Positions 1-10,564 of a stretch of 64,000 nucleotides of DNA are shown piece after piece (within the stretch, counting starts at the first letter, position 1; every line of letters begins with the position of its first letter). The stretch is from a virus. The notes beneath the pieces were generated by a model. It did no database searches. It was not told the DNA's origin and saw nothing but the letters and a program-made list of their open reading frames with translations. The position numbers and the translations under genes are program-made. Location: positions 1 through 64,000 of IMG/VR virus record IMGVR_UViG_3300027714_000001; one strand, written 5' to 3'.

Positions 1-524
1 GGAGCGGACGGAGCGGACGGTAGAAGTATAGCTAACGTAACTAAGTCTGGAGAGACCGTAACAATCCAATATGATGATGGTTCTTCTGATGATACGTTCA
101 CAGTAGATAATGGAATCGATGCGGATCCTTTAGAAGTAGATACGGTTACTAAAGCAGGATTGAACACTACTATAACGTTTACGGATGGTACGCAATTTGT
201 TATAGGGGACGGACAGGCTGGAAGGGGTATAAATACCGTAAACAGAACTGGAGAAACCGTAACGGTTAGCTTTGACGATGGTTCAGTTGCTCAAACTTTT
301 GAAGTAGCGGACGGAGCGGACGGAGCGGACGGTAGAAGTATAGCTAACGTAACTAAGTCTGGAGAGACCGTAACAATCCAATATGATGATGGTTCTTCTG
401 ATGATACGTTCACAGTAGATAATGGAATCGATGCGGATCCTTTAGAAGTAGATACGGTTACTAAAGCAGGATTGAACACTACTATAACGTTTACGGATGG
501 TACGCAATTTGTTATAGGGGACGG
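1..524 (+). repeat. Direct repeat with 312-bp period in the fibre gene (1-212 = 313-524; a further partial copy to ~615)
   Basis: Identical nucleotide blocks seen directly. Confidence 0.95.
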
Positions 525-3500
525 TAGAGGTATAGATACCGTAACTAAGTCTGGAGAGACCGTAACGGTTAGCTTTGACGATGGTTCAGTTGATCAAACT
601 TTTGAAGTAGCGGACGGTCCTGACGCACCAACAGTACTATTAAATGCTTATGTTTCTGATTCATTACCTGTTGAAGCTGAGGAATCTGAAGGAAGAAAAT
701 ACTACTTTCAAGGAGACGGGTATTCAGGTGTAGGTATTATAAAAATACTTGGAATTGATTTTGAAAACGGAGCTCGCGCTAGTCTAAATGGGAACTTTTT
801 AGGTACTATGGGAGCTGCTGATCAAGTTACTTCTTGGTTTAGTTTCGAAGGAGATATACTAGAAGGGCTAAATACTATAAGTATTTGGTCGAGCAATGGA
901 GATGGGGGGACTATTCTAAGAGTTAATGCTACTATAGCTCCTAAAGGCGCAGCTGCTCCAGAAAAGTTTTCTTGGACAGTATATAGTGACTCAAAAACCT
1001 CTGGAAGCATATATACAACTAATTCTGGAAACAGGACATTTACAGGAGTATCTCATAATAGAAACAGCTCCTCTCCTGATACTAGCAGTCATAACTTTTA
1101 CAACTGGTATTTAAGTTTAGATGTTATAGACTTAACTAATGATAGTTATTTGTTTGGTAAACTAGGGGCTTCGCAAATAAATGTGGATGAAGTATTTGCA
1201 GAAGATATAACGGCTACAGGAAGTGTAACTATAGGTACTCCTGAATTAGGTACAGGAACTGTAGGGGCTACTAGAAGCGTTATTTTAAGTGCAGACCCAG
1301 ATGATTCTCCAATACATGTAAGAGGTTCTGATGGAACAGACATGTTACGTTTTATTACTAAATCTATAAATGGGAATCTCCTAGATTTTCTACAATTAGG
1401 TGGAGGATTAGCTCCAAGCACAATAACTTCTTTAGGCGTATTTAGTCCTGAAGTACTATCGGCACTTATACCTGAAGTAGCAGGAGCTACTGGAGGTACA
1501 GTATTACTCCCTAATATGCCGGTAAGTGCTTCTAGTAGTAACACTAAAGAATTTGAAATAGAGATAAATCCTTCTAATGACGGTAATGCTTTAGTGTCTG
1601 TATCCCTAATAAACTCTTACTCTGTACCTGCTACTAATTCTTACAACCACCCACATTTTAGGATGACTTTGTCTAGGTCAACTAATGGAGGGTCTAATTG
1701 GACAGTGTTAACTCAGGCGGAAAAAGTTGGTAGCTTTCATGCAGGAACTGCAGAAGACTATTCAGGCAGTGCTTCGTTATTACTAGAGTATTTAGACGAA
1801 GATCTTACCGCTACGCCAGGGCAAATAAAATATAGTGTACTAATGCAACTTCTTTCTGGTATAATGCCTTCCGACAATAGAATAACAGACTTTACAGCGT
1901 CTCAGCCAATGCAAGGTGGAGGCGCGGCGGGTGCAGCTACGACATTAGGCGGGTTTGACAGTGATTACCACTTAACCTATGAGAACTTTATAGGAGTATT
2001 TCCAAAAGACTCTGACAAGATTAATCGTACTGGGGACACTGGCTTAACCAACTCTTTCATTACAACAGGACATTTTGTTGCAGGAGAAGGAAGCGGCGCG
2101 GTAGGTCTGTCAATTAATGATGGGCATGGCAATGCTAACTTAACGTTTAACCACCATGAAGGTGTGCCTGATACCACAGGTAATTCCGCACGTATTGAAG
2201 TGAATGTGGACACCACTTCAACTGCCAATTTTAGTTTTGAGTTAAAAAGTAATACACAAAAAGGTGTTGCTGAGGCCCTTACACCAGTCCTTAACATCAA
2301 TGAGAATATTTCACTCTTTTATACTGGCGTAACGATTTCAGACAACAAGAGTTTGCGGCTGAACGACAATAGTTGGATATACTTTAATCGAGATGGTGCT
2401 GACTCGCTTCGTATGAACCACGGTACTCAGTCTAATGCGGGTGGTGCTTCTTTTGACTTCTACAACCAGTCAGCAGGTAAGTATGCTTATGTGCGTATGG
2501 GCAGTATTAACGTAAGTGGTAATGCTGATGTTTCGGGCAGTATGAACTTTACTGACGATAACGTAGTCAACCGTACATTTGATATGCTTGATAACGTTGG
2601 CACCCAGTACTTACTACTTTGCGCTAATACTGGTAGTAATAATGTTAGTGGTAACATTCGCATTGTTAGAACTAGTGTTAACTGGCAAGCAGCTAGTATT
2701 GATATTGTTATTACGTCTAACACTTCTAGTATTCAAGGGGGATCACTTGTTGCCCACCAAGAGAAACAAAGTGGTGAGACCTACGACTTAGTTACAGCCA
2801 CCTATAATGGTACAAGCTACGTAGCGATGAAGTACACAGGCAACCCTTACATGTACACGGGGAGGGTGACTTTTACAGGCAAGATGCAGTCTACTGTTGC
2901 TAACTTTATCACTAAAACTGACAGTGAAGTCACAGCCGTAGCAGCTTTATCCAGTGGTGGTGAGTTTGCTATCAAAACTAAAGAACTAAGGTTCAACGGT
3001 TATGATGTTTATCACGAAAATAATATCCCAACGTGGAACCAGAATACTACGGGCAATGCGGCCAGTGCCAATACTGCCAGTAACGCAGACAATGCTGACA
3101 CTCTTAATGGCAAAGATTCATCTAAGTTTGGAGCCGCCGATAATTCTGGTAAATCAGACCCTGACACTTATAAAATTACGTCTGGTTATCGCTTTGACCC
3201 TCATGCCAATAACCCCAGCTCGGAACACTATGCAATTAGCACTTTTGGTAATGGTGCTAACGTGGTCGGGCAACACGCTATACACTTTATTACAGGGGAC
3301 GCTTACACAAGAGCGTTCCCTAGCGGTAACTCGAATGTATGGCGCAAGCAATGGAATGATGGCAACGATGATGCCCTTGCTAAGTTATCTAATGACCAAA
3401 CGTTTACGGGTGACATTAAGTTTGACTCAGGGGATAACACGCACGTAAAAATTGTGTGTGGCGATAATGGTAATGCTGATTTAAGCCTTCTAGGTACAAA

Positions 3501-6500
3501 TCAAGGCACTGGCAGACTGTATGTAGGTCAGTCAGATTCTCACGGTGGGGGTATTGAATACAACGGAGATAGCAGCCCTGCTACTTCGGGTGCGGGCAGC
3601 GATTACATAACATTGTATAGGCGTTCAGCCTCGGTGAACTACTGGACAGCCAGAAACTTTGTAAACAGTAATAACTGGGAGTTTCGTAATGACGTAGAAG
3701 CGCCCTCATTTACGGGTGCTCTTAAAGGCAATGCAGACACAGTTACCAATGGTGTCTACACTACTGGCGATCAGGCTATAAAGGGAAGTAAATCATTTCG
3801 CGCTACAGATATTACGGGCAGTTACCATACTGCTGCTATTGAAATGCGGGAAGTTAACCATGTTACTACTAGTGAATCAGCCGATGCTTTTGCACCCGCG
3901 ATAGGATTTCATTGGGGGGGTACAACGCAAGGGCGTTTGAGTTTACATGCGGATGGACACTTCTACTTTGCTGATGGAATTAACCACACTACATTAAAAT
4001 CGCTTCATGCTAAATTTATAGGTGATCTCCAAGGGAACGTGACGGGCAATGCGGCTACGGTCAACAATGGTGTTTATACTTTTGGCAACCAGACAATAGG
4101 TGGTGTTAAGACTTACGATGGTGATGGGGTCTTTCGTACTGCCACAAAGTGGGAAGTTAGTGGATCTGATGATGCACACCAAAGGGCTGATGCCCGAACT
4201 GATGCAGGAGATGAAGCGCGTCTTTACTGGTATGGCAAAGACAGTGCTGGGGGTACTAGAAACTTCAAACACGCTTGGTATGATGGGTCTAGCTATATCA
4301 ATGTAACCGCTTCATCAGGAGGCAAGCTAACGTTTGGTAATGATTCGGACACCATATACATAGGCTCCAACCGAGTCTACACAGATGCCTACCATCCTGA
4401 TGCAGATACTGCGGATAACGCTATTAAACTTCAGGGGCTTAGACGTTCAACCGCAGCGGTTGATAATACAGTAGTATCAAGAGATGGTAACGCTGATGTA
4501 TATGCTCGTCTGTTAAGAGCAGACTATCAGGACAACAACTACATGGAAGGTGCTATTGCGTTTAGGGCTAGTCCTGATGGTGACAACTATACTAGATATT
4601 GTGATAGTCCTGCTGCTATAAGGAATTGGTTAGGTACTGAGGACGCTTCATTATTGACTACAGGCACTATTCCTTCCAATAGATTACCCGCCATCATAGA
4701 TGGCAATAAAGCATTCACAGGGAATGCTTTATTCGAGTCAACAGCTACTTTTGAAAACTCAGTTGTCGTTGAAAAAGCTCTGTTAGTTGAAGAAGGATTA
4801 GGCGTAGATGGTGATGGTTACTCTGCAATTAGTTATCCCGAAGGTGGGGGTTTAGAACTAGGCGGGAATACAAACGGAGCAATACAGGTAACACTTCCTA
4901 ATTCGTGGACAAACACAATGATGAAATTCACTGTGGAAGTATACGACTACTATAACGATGAATCTTTCACTGCTATTTTGTCAGGCTACACCTACAGTGG
5001 CAGTAATAACTGGTTTAACCCCTCAGTACAGATATTAGGCTCGCGTACTGACAACAACACTAAAATTAGGTTTGGTCACACAGGCACTAAGTGTTGTGTG
5101 TGGATAGGTGAATCTGCAGGAGAAGATGGCACAAACTCAACTTGGTCATATTTAAAAGTTATAGTTAAAGACGTTTTTGTAAGCCATTCCAATAGTAATT
5201 TTAGGACATGGAACACTGGCTGGAATTTAGCCATGACGGAAGCTGCGTTTCCACAGTCAGACTATACCTACAGCGGAGTAAATCTAGTATCGAGCAAAGT
5301 ATTTGCTGATGGTGGTAACAAAAGCTCACCTAGTATCACTTTTAGAAACGACTCAAACACAGGGTTTTTCAGCAAGGCTAACGGAAGCATAGGTGTTACT
5401 GCTAATGGTGTAGAGCAGCTAGCAATAACAACAGGGCCATATGGTTTGGATATGCAAAGCAGCATAGACATGAACAACTATGGTATTGATGACATAAGCC
5501 ATCTTCACTTTAAAGATAACGTCCGCTTCTACGATGGCGGGAACGACAGCTACTTAAACTTTAAATATGGTGATGGTGATAATGGCGGTATCCGTTTAGT
5601 TAATGGAAGCAATGAGCATAAAGGGCTACTGTACGCTAACAATTCTGGTTTTGGTTTACTAAACGAAACAGATCAATGGGCATTTAAGTGTGATGCTGAC
5701 CATTCGTACATGCTGGACAATGGTGCCACTAAGTTAAGTACCACAACAATAGGTGTGTTCGTAAATGGTGATATTAGCCTTTCAAATTACCTTAACGTAC
5801 ATGCTTCAAAAGGTATCACTTCGGCAGGCTGGATACATCTTCATAGGTACGGTAACAATGAAGAGGTAACGGTAGGTAACGACGGCACCGATGTAGGTCT
5901 TCGCGTACCTAATGGCAATACTGTTCTAAGGGATTTAAAGGTCTCTAAAGCTAGGTCAATAATTGAACTGGACTCAACTTCTGGAACAGAAGGTGAGGGC
6001 AGTACACTAAGATTTAACGGAGCAGGACAGAACGTACAGATTAGACATAACTTACACGACTCTACTCGCCCACCTTACGGCTTGCACATTGAAACAGGTG
6101 AAGGGGTTAGCCATACCCAAAAAGCGTATCTTGAAGTCGAAGGCGTTATGGTTTCAGACGAAGTAAATACGAACCTAGTTGAGCTTGGTTCTATGACGTT
6201 AAAGGAATCTTCGCATAGAAATGGTTTACTTCGTATAAGCGATACCACAACTAGCTGGTCAGGGATAATGATTGGCAATGACTATGAAGATTTATGGTCA
6301 TTCATGTCTAATGGGGATGAGTGCGGTCTGTATAATGACAGCACTAACGAGTGGCACATCAAGTCTGTGGATAACCATAGGACTGATATCTACTTCAATA
6401 ATGCTGTGAAGTTTGCAACTACAAACACAGGTATTGATGTAACAGGTAATGTCGTTGCTACTGGGACGGTCTTTGGAGATGAAGTTACTGAAACATCTGC

Positions 6501-6813
6501 TTTGAAATACAAGGACATTACGCATAGAGTTTCACTAAAAGATTCACTGTCTAACGTTATTGAGATTGGCAGAAAAGGTACTGCAATCGGTACGCTCAAA
6601 AATGATGATACTAAGAAAGTACATCGTTGGTTCATCGCTGATGAAGTTGCTGAAGTCACGCCTGAAGTTGTTCGTTACGTGAATGGTGAAGTAGACGGTT
6701 TAAGCTACTCAAGAATGTTACCAGATGCTTACGCAGCTATTGCTAAGCAGCAGGAGTATATTGAGAAGCTTGAAATTAGACTACAACGATTGGAGGCTTT
6801 ACTAAATGGCTAA
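1..6813 (+). CDS. Giant tail fibre protein with C-terminal intramolecular chaperone (peptidase S74-like); 5' end lies upstream of the window
   Basis: Frame open from base 1; G/S/T/N-rich beta-type sequence; N-terminal GRGI..V.K.GETVT repeats; C-terminal SALKYKDI..WFIADEVAEVTPEVV..LSYSRM plus coiled coil typical of S74 chaperones; T5 lateral-fibre position. Confidence 0.85.
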   Translation, partial: GADGADGRSIANVTKSGETVTIQYDDGSSDDTFTVDNGIDADPLEVDTVTKAGLNTTITFTDGTQFVIGDGQAGRGINTVNRTGETVTVSFDDGSVAQTFEVADGADGADGRSIANVTKSGETVTIQYDDGSSDDTFTVDNGIDADPLEVDTVTKAGLNTTITFTDGTQFVIGDGRGIDTVTKSGETVTVSFDDGSVDQTFEVADGPDAPTVLLNAYVSDSLPVEAEESEGRKYYFQGDGYSGVGIIKILGIDFENGARASLNGNFLGTMGAADQVTSWFSFEGDILEGLNTISIWSSNGDGGTILRVNATIAPKGAAAPEKFSWTVYSDSKTSGSIYTTNSGNRTFTGVSHNRNSSSPDTSSHNFYNWYLSLDVIDLTNDSYLFGKLGASQINVDEVFAEDITATGSVTIGTPELGTGTVGATRSVILSADPDDSPIHVRGSDGTDMLRFITKSINGNLLDFLQLGGGLAPSTITSLGVFSPEVLSALIPEVAGATGGTVLLPNMPVSASSSNTKEFEIEINPSNDGNALVSVSLINSYSVPATNSYNHPHFRMTLSRSTNGGSNWTVLTQAEKVGSFHAGTAEDYSGSASLLLEYLDEDLTATPGQIKYSVLMQLLSGIMPSDNRITDFTASQPMQGGGAAGAATTLGGFDSDYHLTYENFIGVFPKDSDKINRTGDTGLTNSFITTGHFVAGEGSGAVGLSINDGHGNANLTFNHHEGVPDTTGNSARIEVNVDTTSTANFSFELKSNTQKGVAEALTPVLNINENISLFYTGVTISDNKSLRLNDNSWIYFNRDGADSLRMNHGTQSNAGGASFDFYNQSAGKYAYVRMGSINVSGNADVSGSMNFTDDNVVNRTFDMLDNVGTQYLLLCANTGSNNVSGNIRIVRTSVNWQAASIDIVITSNTSSIQGGSLVAHQEKQSGETYDLVTATYNGTSYVAMKYTGNPYMYTGRVTFTGKMQSTVANFITKTDSEVTAVAALSSGGEFAIKTKELRFNGYDVYHENNIPTWNQNTTGNAASANTASNADNADTLNGKDSSKFGAADNSGKSDPDTYKITSGYRFDPHANNPSSEHYAISTFGNGANVVGQHAIHFITGDAYTRAFPSGNSNVWRKQWNDGNDDALAKLSNDQTFTGDIKFDSGDNTHVKIVCGDNGNADLSLLGTNQGTGRLYVGQSDSHGGGIEYNGDSSPATSGAGSDYITLYRRSASVNYWTARNFVNSNNWEFRNDVEAPSFTGALKGNADTVTNGVYTTGDQAIKGSKSFRATDITGSYHTAAIEMREVNHVTTSESADAFAPAIGFHWGGTTQGRLSLHADGHFYFADGINHTTLKSLHAKFIGDLQGNVTGNAATVNNGVYTFGNQTIGGVKTYDGDGVFRTATKWEVSGSDDAHQRADARTDAGDEARLYWYGKDSAGGTRNFKHAWYDGSSYINVTASSGGKLTFGNDSDTIYIGSNRVYTDAYHPDADTADNAIKLQGLRRSTAAVDNTVVSRDGNADVYARLLRADYQDNNYMEGAIAFRASPDGDNYTRYCDSPAAIRNWLGTEDASLLTTGTIPSNRLPAIIDGNKAFTGNALFESTATFENSVVVEKALLVEEGLGVDGDGYSAISYPEGGGLELGGNTNGAIQVTLPNSWTNTMMKFTVEVYDYYNDESFTAILSGYTYSGSNNWFNPSVQILGSRTDNNTKIRFGHTGTKCCVWIGESAGEDGTNSTWSYLKVIVKDVFVSHSNSNFRTWNTGWNLAMTEAAFPQSDYTYSGVNLVSSKVFADGGNKSSPSITFRNDSNTGFFSKANGSIGVTANGVEQLAITTGPYGLDMQSSIDMNNYGIDDISHLHFKDNVRFYDGGNDSYLNFKYGDGDNGGIRLVNGSNEHKGLLYANNSGFGLLNETDQWAFKCDADHSYMLDNGATKLSTTTIGVFVNGDISLSNYLNVHASKGITSAGWIHLHRYGNNEEVTVGNDGTDVGLRVPNGNTVLRDLKVSKARSIIELDSTSGTEGEGSTLRFNGAGQNVQIRHNLHDSTRPPYGLHIETGEGVSHTQKAYLEVEGVMVSDEVNTNLVELGSMTLKESSHRNGLLRISDTTTSWSGIMIGNDYEDLWSFMSNGDECGLYNDSTNEWHIKSVDNHRTDIYFNNAVKFATTNTGIDVTGNVVATGTVFGDEVTETSALKYKDITHRVSLKDSLSNVIEIGRKGTAIGTLKNDDTKKVHRWFIADEVAEVTPEVVRYVNGEVDGLSYSRMLPDAYAAIAKQQEYIEKLEIRLQRLEALLNG

Positions 6814-8077
6814 TATAAGTTTCTACCATGACTCAGAGAATGGCACTATCGTTATTGATGGTGTCGGTAACAGCACTAGTAACCGTGTGGAGCTTACACC
6901 TGACGATGTTTTAACTTTTAGCAATACAACAGCATCGGGCTTTGGAAGTGTAACTGTCAGCAGTTTTAGATCTGATCAGTTCACTTCTACTAGTTCGTTG
7001 TCTTTGTCTAAAGGGCAGAACGGTGCAAGAACAGTCAAGAGCTCACCTAACTTCACTACCGACACTATAACGTTCGCTAAGACTGGTGCTGCTACAGCTT
7101 ATGCTTACATTAATATCACATCGGGCGCTGACACAGACCCTAACGATTTTAACATAGGAATACCTGTACGAGGTGCTGACTTAGGTGTGACGTATTACTT
7201 TGAAGAGTTTAAAGTGAGAAGTATCAGTGAGCCTGTAGCGGTATCTGTAAATAGCAATAGCGCCATGTCTTTCGCCATTAAACCTGATGGTGGTAGCTAT
7301 GGTTCATGGGTTACTAGTGGTAATGTCAGTGTCAATGACTTTGTGAAAGTTAGAGGTACAGCGTCTTCTTCTTATAACACACAAGTGGTTTACACATTAA
7401 ACATAGGGAGCAATAGCGATAGTAATACGATAAAGACTAAGACTGATCCTGCGCAGGGTACGTTTATTGCTTTTCCGTATACAACAAATATCAGCTTAAA
7501 GAAAGTTTCTGAGTTCTTTGCGGCACCGCTTTCTCAAGTGCCAAGAGGGGCAACTGTTCCTAGATATATGAGCGCGTATAGAAGAGGCGGATTATACGTA
7601 CCTGACGTGACTCAAAACGCTAGTATCGCTACTACTGACCAAGCACAAGATTTAAAACTTTCTTCTTTTTCTGGCAGTGGTACTACTGTGTATTTCAATA
7701 AGAGCCCCGCTAACAAGATAGTCTCTATGAACGTTATAGGAGGCTCTGCAACAGCTAGTATAGCGTGGGTAGTTCAAGCTGACTGGACTCTAGGTCATAG
7801 CCCGTCTATGGGTTATAACGCTGAGTATAGATACACCTTTATAGAATTTGATCCTGAAGGACCACAGCATGGTACTGGTGCTACACTTAGTGCTACTAGT
7901 GGCGACCCTTTTGTCTATGACAAGACTAATACTGGTTTTGCTATAGAAGCTACATCGTCAGGAACCTTTGATCAACAATTTCAAGGAGAGATAACTATGT
8001 ATATGCGTTCTCTCCTAGACACGTCAGTAGTATTAACACAAGTTATTGGTTACACTATTGACTTTTACGGCAATTAA
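6806..8077 (+). CDS. Tail fibre tip / adhesin-like structural protein
   Basis: Overlaps fibre stop; S/T-rich beta sequence; ISL..MSAYRRGGLYVPD..LKLSSFSG segment typical of fibre-tip proteins. Confidence 0.6.
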   Translation: MANISFYHDSENGTIVIDGVGNSTSNRVELTPDDVLTFSNTTASGFGSVTVSSFRSDQFTSTSSLSLSKGQNGARTVKSSPNFTTDTITFAKTGAATAYAYINITSGADTDPNDFNIGIPVRGADLGVTYYFEEFKVRSISEPVAVSVNSNSAMSFAIKPDGGSYGSWVTSGNVSVNDFVKVRGTASSSYNTQVVYTLNIGSNSDSNTIKTKTDPAQGTFIAFPYTTNISLKKVSEFFAAPLSQVPRGATVPRYMSAYRRGGLYVPDVTQNASIATTDQAQDLKLSSFSGSGTTVYFNKSPANKIVSMNVIGGSATASIAWVVQADWTLGHSPSMGYNAEYRYTFIEFDPEGPQHGTGATLSATSGDPFVYDKTNTGFAIEATSSGTFDQQFQGEITMYMRSLLDTSVVLTQVIGYTIDFYGN

Positions 8078-8102
8078 GCCACAACTATTAGGAATTATTA
8101 CA

Positions 8103-8459
8103 ATGATTACAGCAACATTTACAGATCCACAAGGCCAGAAATGGGTTGACGCTAAACTAAGAGCTATCAACTTTAATGTTAACTGCAACAGTTCAATGAG
8201 CGTTAATCATAACGACTTAGATTCTCCTCAAGGGCGCACTAACATGAATGCCAGCGGTAACATGCAGGTTATATATTGGCCTAACCAAGAAGCTATTGAC
8301 GCAGGTCATACGCCATACTCTTTGGATAAGCCAGCTGATGATATGGGCGATAAGCAGTTCCGTGTGACTTTTGACATGATGCCTGTTGATGCAGCAGCAC
8401 TAGAAGCAGCATGTGAAACTCATTTGGTAGATGTGATACTCCCTCCAATGCAGGGTTAA
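8103..8459 (+). CDS. Tail-fibre-associated small protein, copy 1
   Basis: ATG at 8103 with AGGA SD; paralog of 8851-9207 (MITATFTDPQGQ.W.DAKL). Confidence 0.7.
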   Translation: MITATFTDPQGQKWVDAKLRAINFNVNCNSSMSVNHNDLDSPQGRTNMNASGNMQVIYWPNQEAIDAGHTPYSLDKPADDMGDKQFRVTFDMMPVDAAALEAACETHLVDVILPPMQG

Positions 8460-8496
8460 AATAAACTGGTTACTGTTGTTGTTTGCTTTACAATAG

Positions 8497-8820
8497 CAGG
8501 AAGCTAGCCTAGCCGGGGCTGCCAAAGATAATTGCGACTTTGGGTATAGTCTTATGGCAATATATAATATGACATACTACTACATACTAACAGAAAATGA
8601 ACCAACTACCCCTACTGAAAGAAAGGGGGCTGTGTTAGTTACACAAAACGTTAATGGGTATTCAGTACTAAATACATACTTTGGGGTTTCAGTAGAATCT
8701 CAAGGAAACTTTGAACATAGTTTCGAGGGTACAGTAACTATGTACGCTAAATCCTTAGTAAATAATGTTACTTTAGTACAAACTATAGGATATTCATTCT
8801 TCATACACAATAATTTATAA
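8497..8820 (+). pseudogene. Truncated duplicate of the C-terminal domain of the 6806-8077 protein
   Basis: FEGTVTMYAKSL...QTIGY aligns with FQGEITMYMRSL...QVIGY; homology continues upstream of ATG 8554 to an in-frame TAG at 8494. Confidence 0.7.
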
Positions 8821-8850
8821 TATAGGCTTAGGCCAACAAGGAAACAAAAA

Positions 8851-9207
8851 ATGATTACAGCAACTTTTACAGACCCACAAGGACAGACTTGGACAGACGC
8901 TAAACTTAAAGTTATTAACTACAGCGTTAACATTAATTCTAATATTAGCAAATCACACAATAATATGGAAAACCCTAATGAGAATTCTGAGGTTAGCGCG
9001 AACTTTAACATGCAAGTAGTGTACTGGCCAACTATTGAAGCTTTTAATGCGGGGTATAGTGCCTACAGCTTAAAGAATCTAGAGAACAATAGTATGGCTA
9101 CAGATAACTTTAGATTTAGTTCTAGTATTGCTCCTGCTACTCAAGAACAACTTGAACAAGCCTGCGAAGAATACTTAGAAACTGTACTTATCCCTCCTAT
9201 GGTATAA
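8851..9207 (+). CDS. Tail-fibre-associated small protein, copy 2
   Basis: AGGA SD; end-to-end paralog of 8103-8459. Confidence 0.75.
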   Translation: MITATFTDPQGQTWTDAKLKVINYSVNINSNISKSHNNMENPNENSEVSANFNMQVVYWPTIEAFNAGYSAYSLKNLENNSMATDNFRFSSSIAPATQEQLEQACEEYLETVLIPPMV

Positions 9208-9213
9208 AACCGC

Positions 9214-9252
9214 AAAAACCCCTATCAGCGCAAGCCGGTAGGGGTTTTTTAT
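9214..9252. terminator. Bidirectional intrinsic terminator between convergent late and replication genes
   Basis: AAAAACCCCTA..TAGGGGTTTTTT hairpin with flanking A/T tracts. Confidence 0.85.
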
Positions 9253-10112
9253 TAACTTAAGTTTTCTTCACAAAATTTCATTACTACACAAAGATTATCT
9301 ACGTCAGGGGCAATTATTGCATCCTCACAATGAGATACTAAATCTATTAGTGCGTAATTTTTTAGTATTAAGTCTTCGCTATTATTTATGTTTTGTATAA
9401 ACTTTTGATTTCCTGCAATAGGTATCGAATCATATATGTCGAAAGCAGACCCGTAAGTTTTAACTAGGTTATACGCTCTCTTGATACCTACACCAGGAAC
9501 TCCTGGAATACTGTCTGAGGTGTCTCCTTGTAATACTTTAATACTTAAAAATTCTTCTACAGTGTCGCACTCATGCTGCTCATAGAAGGTATCTAATGTA
9601 TACTCTTTTCTTGTTACAAACGAGAATCTACTAACATTTTCTGCTAAGAGTAAGTCCCAGTCTCCATCTGAACTTATTAGCCAAGTATGGTTATACATAT
9701 GAGAGTATTCTTTTACAATATATGCCGCAAGGTCATCTGCCTCAACATATTCAATTCTTAAGAGAGGATACCTAGATTGCGCTAATTCTAAAGCTCTCTC
9801 GTATCCCTCAAAGAATATCTTCATTTGTTCTTTTGCTTCATCTGTCTGATCTTCGTGAGTCTTTTTACGTCCTCCTTTGTAGCCTGCATCAATATCTTTA
9901 CGATACTTAGAATACTTCTTATCTGCTAACAGTATGATTGTCCTAGCCGAATAAGATTTTCCAAAAGAGCCTATAGTAGTTACAAACTCTGCTGCAAAAT
10001 CTACAACGCTTCTATGCTTAAATCTAAAGGCAAAGTTCATACAGTCTAGTATTACTAAGTTTTCTATGGGGTCTGCATTGACCACTTCATCTAATTCACA
10101 CAACCCTTTCAT
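9252..10112 (-). CDS. D15: Flap endonuclease / 5'-3' exonuclease (T5 D15-like)
   Basis: YKGGR, VEADD, SSDGDW, GDTSDSIPGVPGVGIKRA motifs; T5 synteny. Confidence 0.95.
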   Translation of the reverse strand: MKGLCELDEVVNADPIENLVILDCMNFAFRFKHRSVVDFAAEFVTTIGSFGKSYSARTIILLADKKYSKYRKDIDAGYKGGRKKTHEDQTDEAKEQMKIFFEGYERALELAQSRYPLLRIEYVEADDLAAYIVKEYSHMYNHTWLISSDGDWDLLLAENVSRFSFVTRKEYTLDTFYEQHECDTVEEFLSIKVLQGDTSDSIPGVPGVGIKRAYNLVKTYGSAFDIYDSIPIAGNQKFIQNINNSEDLILKNYALIDLVSHCEDAIIAPDVDNLCVVMKFCEENLS

Positions 10113-10564
10113 AAAATCAATTCCTCTATCTTCTTATGTTCTAACCATTCTTCGAATAAATATATACTAGCATTAATGTCCTCGTTTCCTAAGTCAGACA
10201 CCATCTTAAATCTATTCACAAATTCTAATTCGTCCTCTACCATTATTAGAGGCTTGCCTCGGTCTTTCTTAAAGATTAGCCCAGGCTTTCTATTCATTGT
10301 ATCAGCTTCTCTAACGCACTGTTCCCACCAACCAAATATGTTATTAGACTTAGCCCATAACAAGTTCTCTTGTATTACTGTCTCTGCAAAAGACTTACAT
10401 TCAAAGCAATAGTAGTAGTGGTTAGTTAGGCAGTACAGGTCTCCTTTCATAGAGCCTGCTCCTGACATAGGAACTCTGTCCCATTTTACCTTTGTCTTCT
10501 CTGATAACATATCTCTACACGCATATTCAAAACGTGAACCTTTCTGTGACTGCTTACTACTCAT
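10109..10564 (-). CDS. D14: Holliday junction resolvase-like endonuclease (T5 D14-like)
   Basis: KGSRFE...RVPMSGAG...GDL...ECK PD-(D/E)xK motif; synteny. Confidence 0.85.
   Translation of the reverse strand: MSSKQSQKGSRFEYACRDMLSEKTKVKWDRVPMSGAGSMKGDLYCLTNHYYYCFECKSFAETVIQENLLWAKSNNIFGWWEQCVREADTMNRKPGLIFKKDRGKPLIMVEDELEFVNRFKMVSDLGNEDINASIYLFEEWLEHKKIEELIL

Noticed and set aside
6806-9207. Diversity-generating retroelement or invertible shufflon at the tail tip
   Set aside because: No reverse transcriptase, no near-identical TR/VR pair, and no recombinase or inverted repeats in the window
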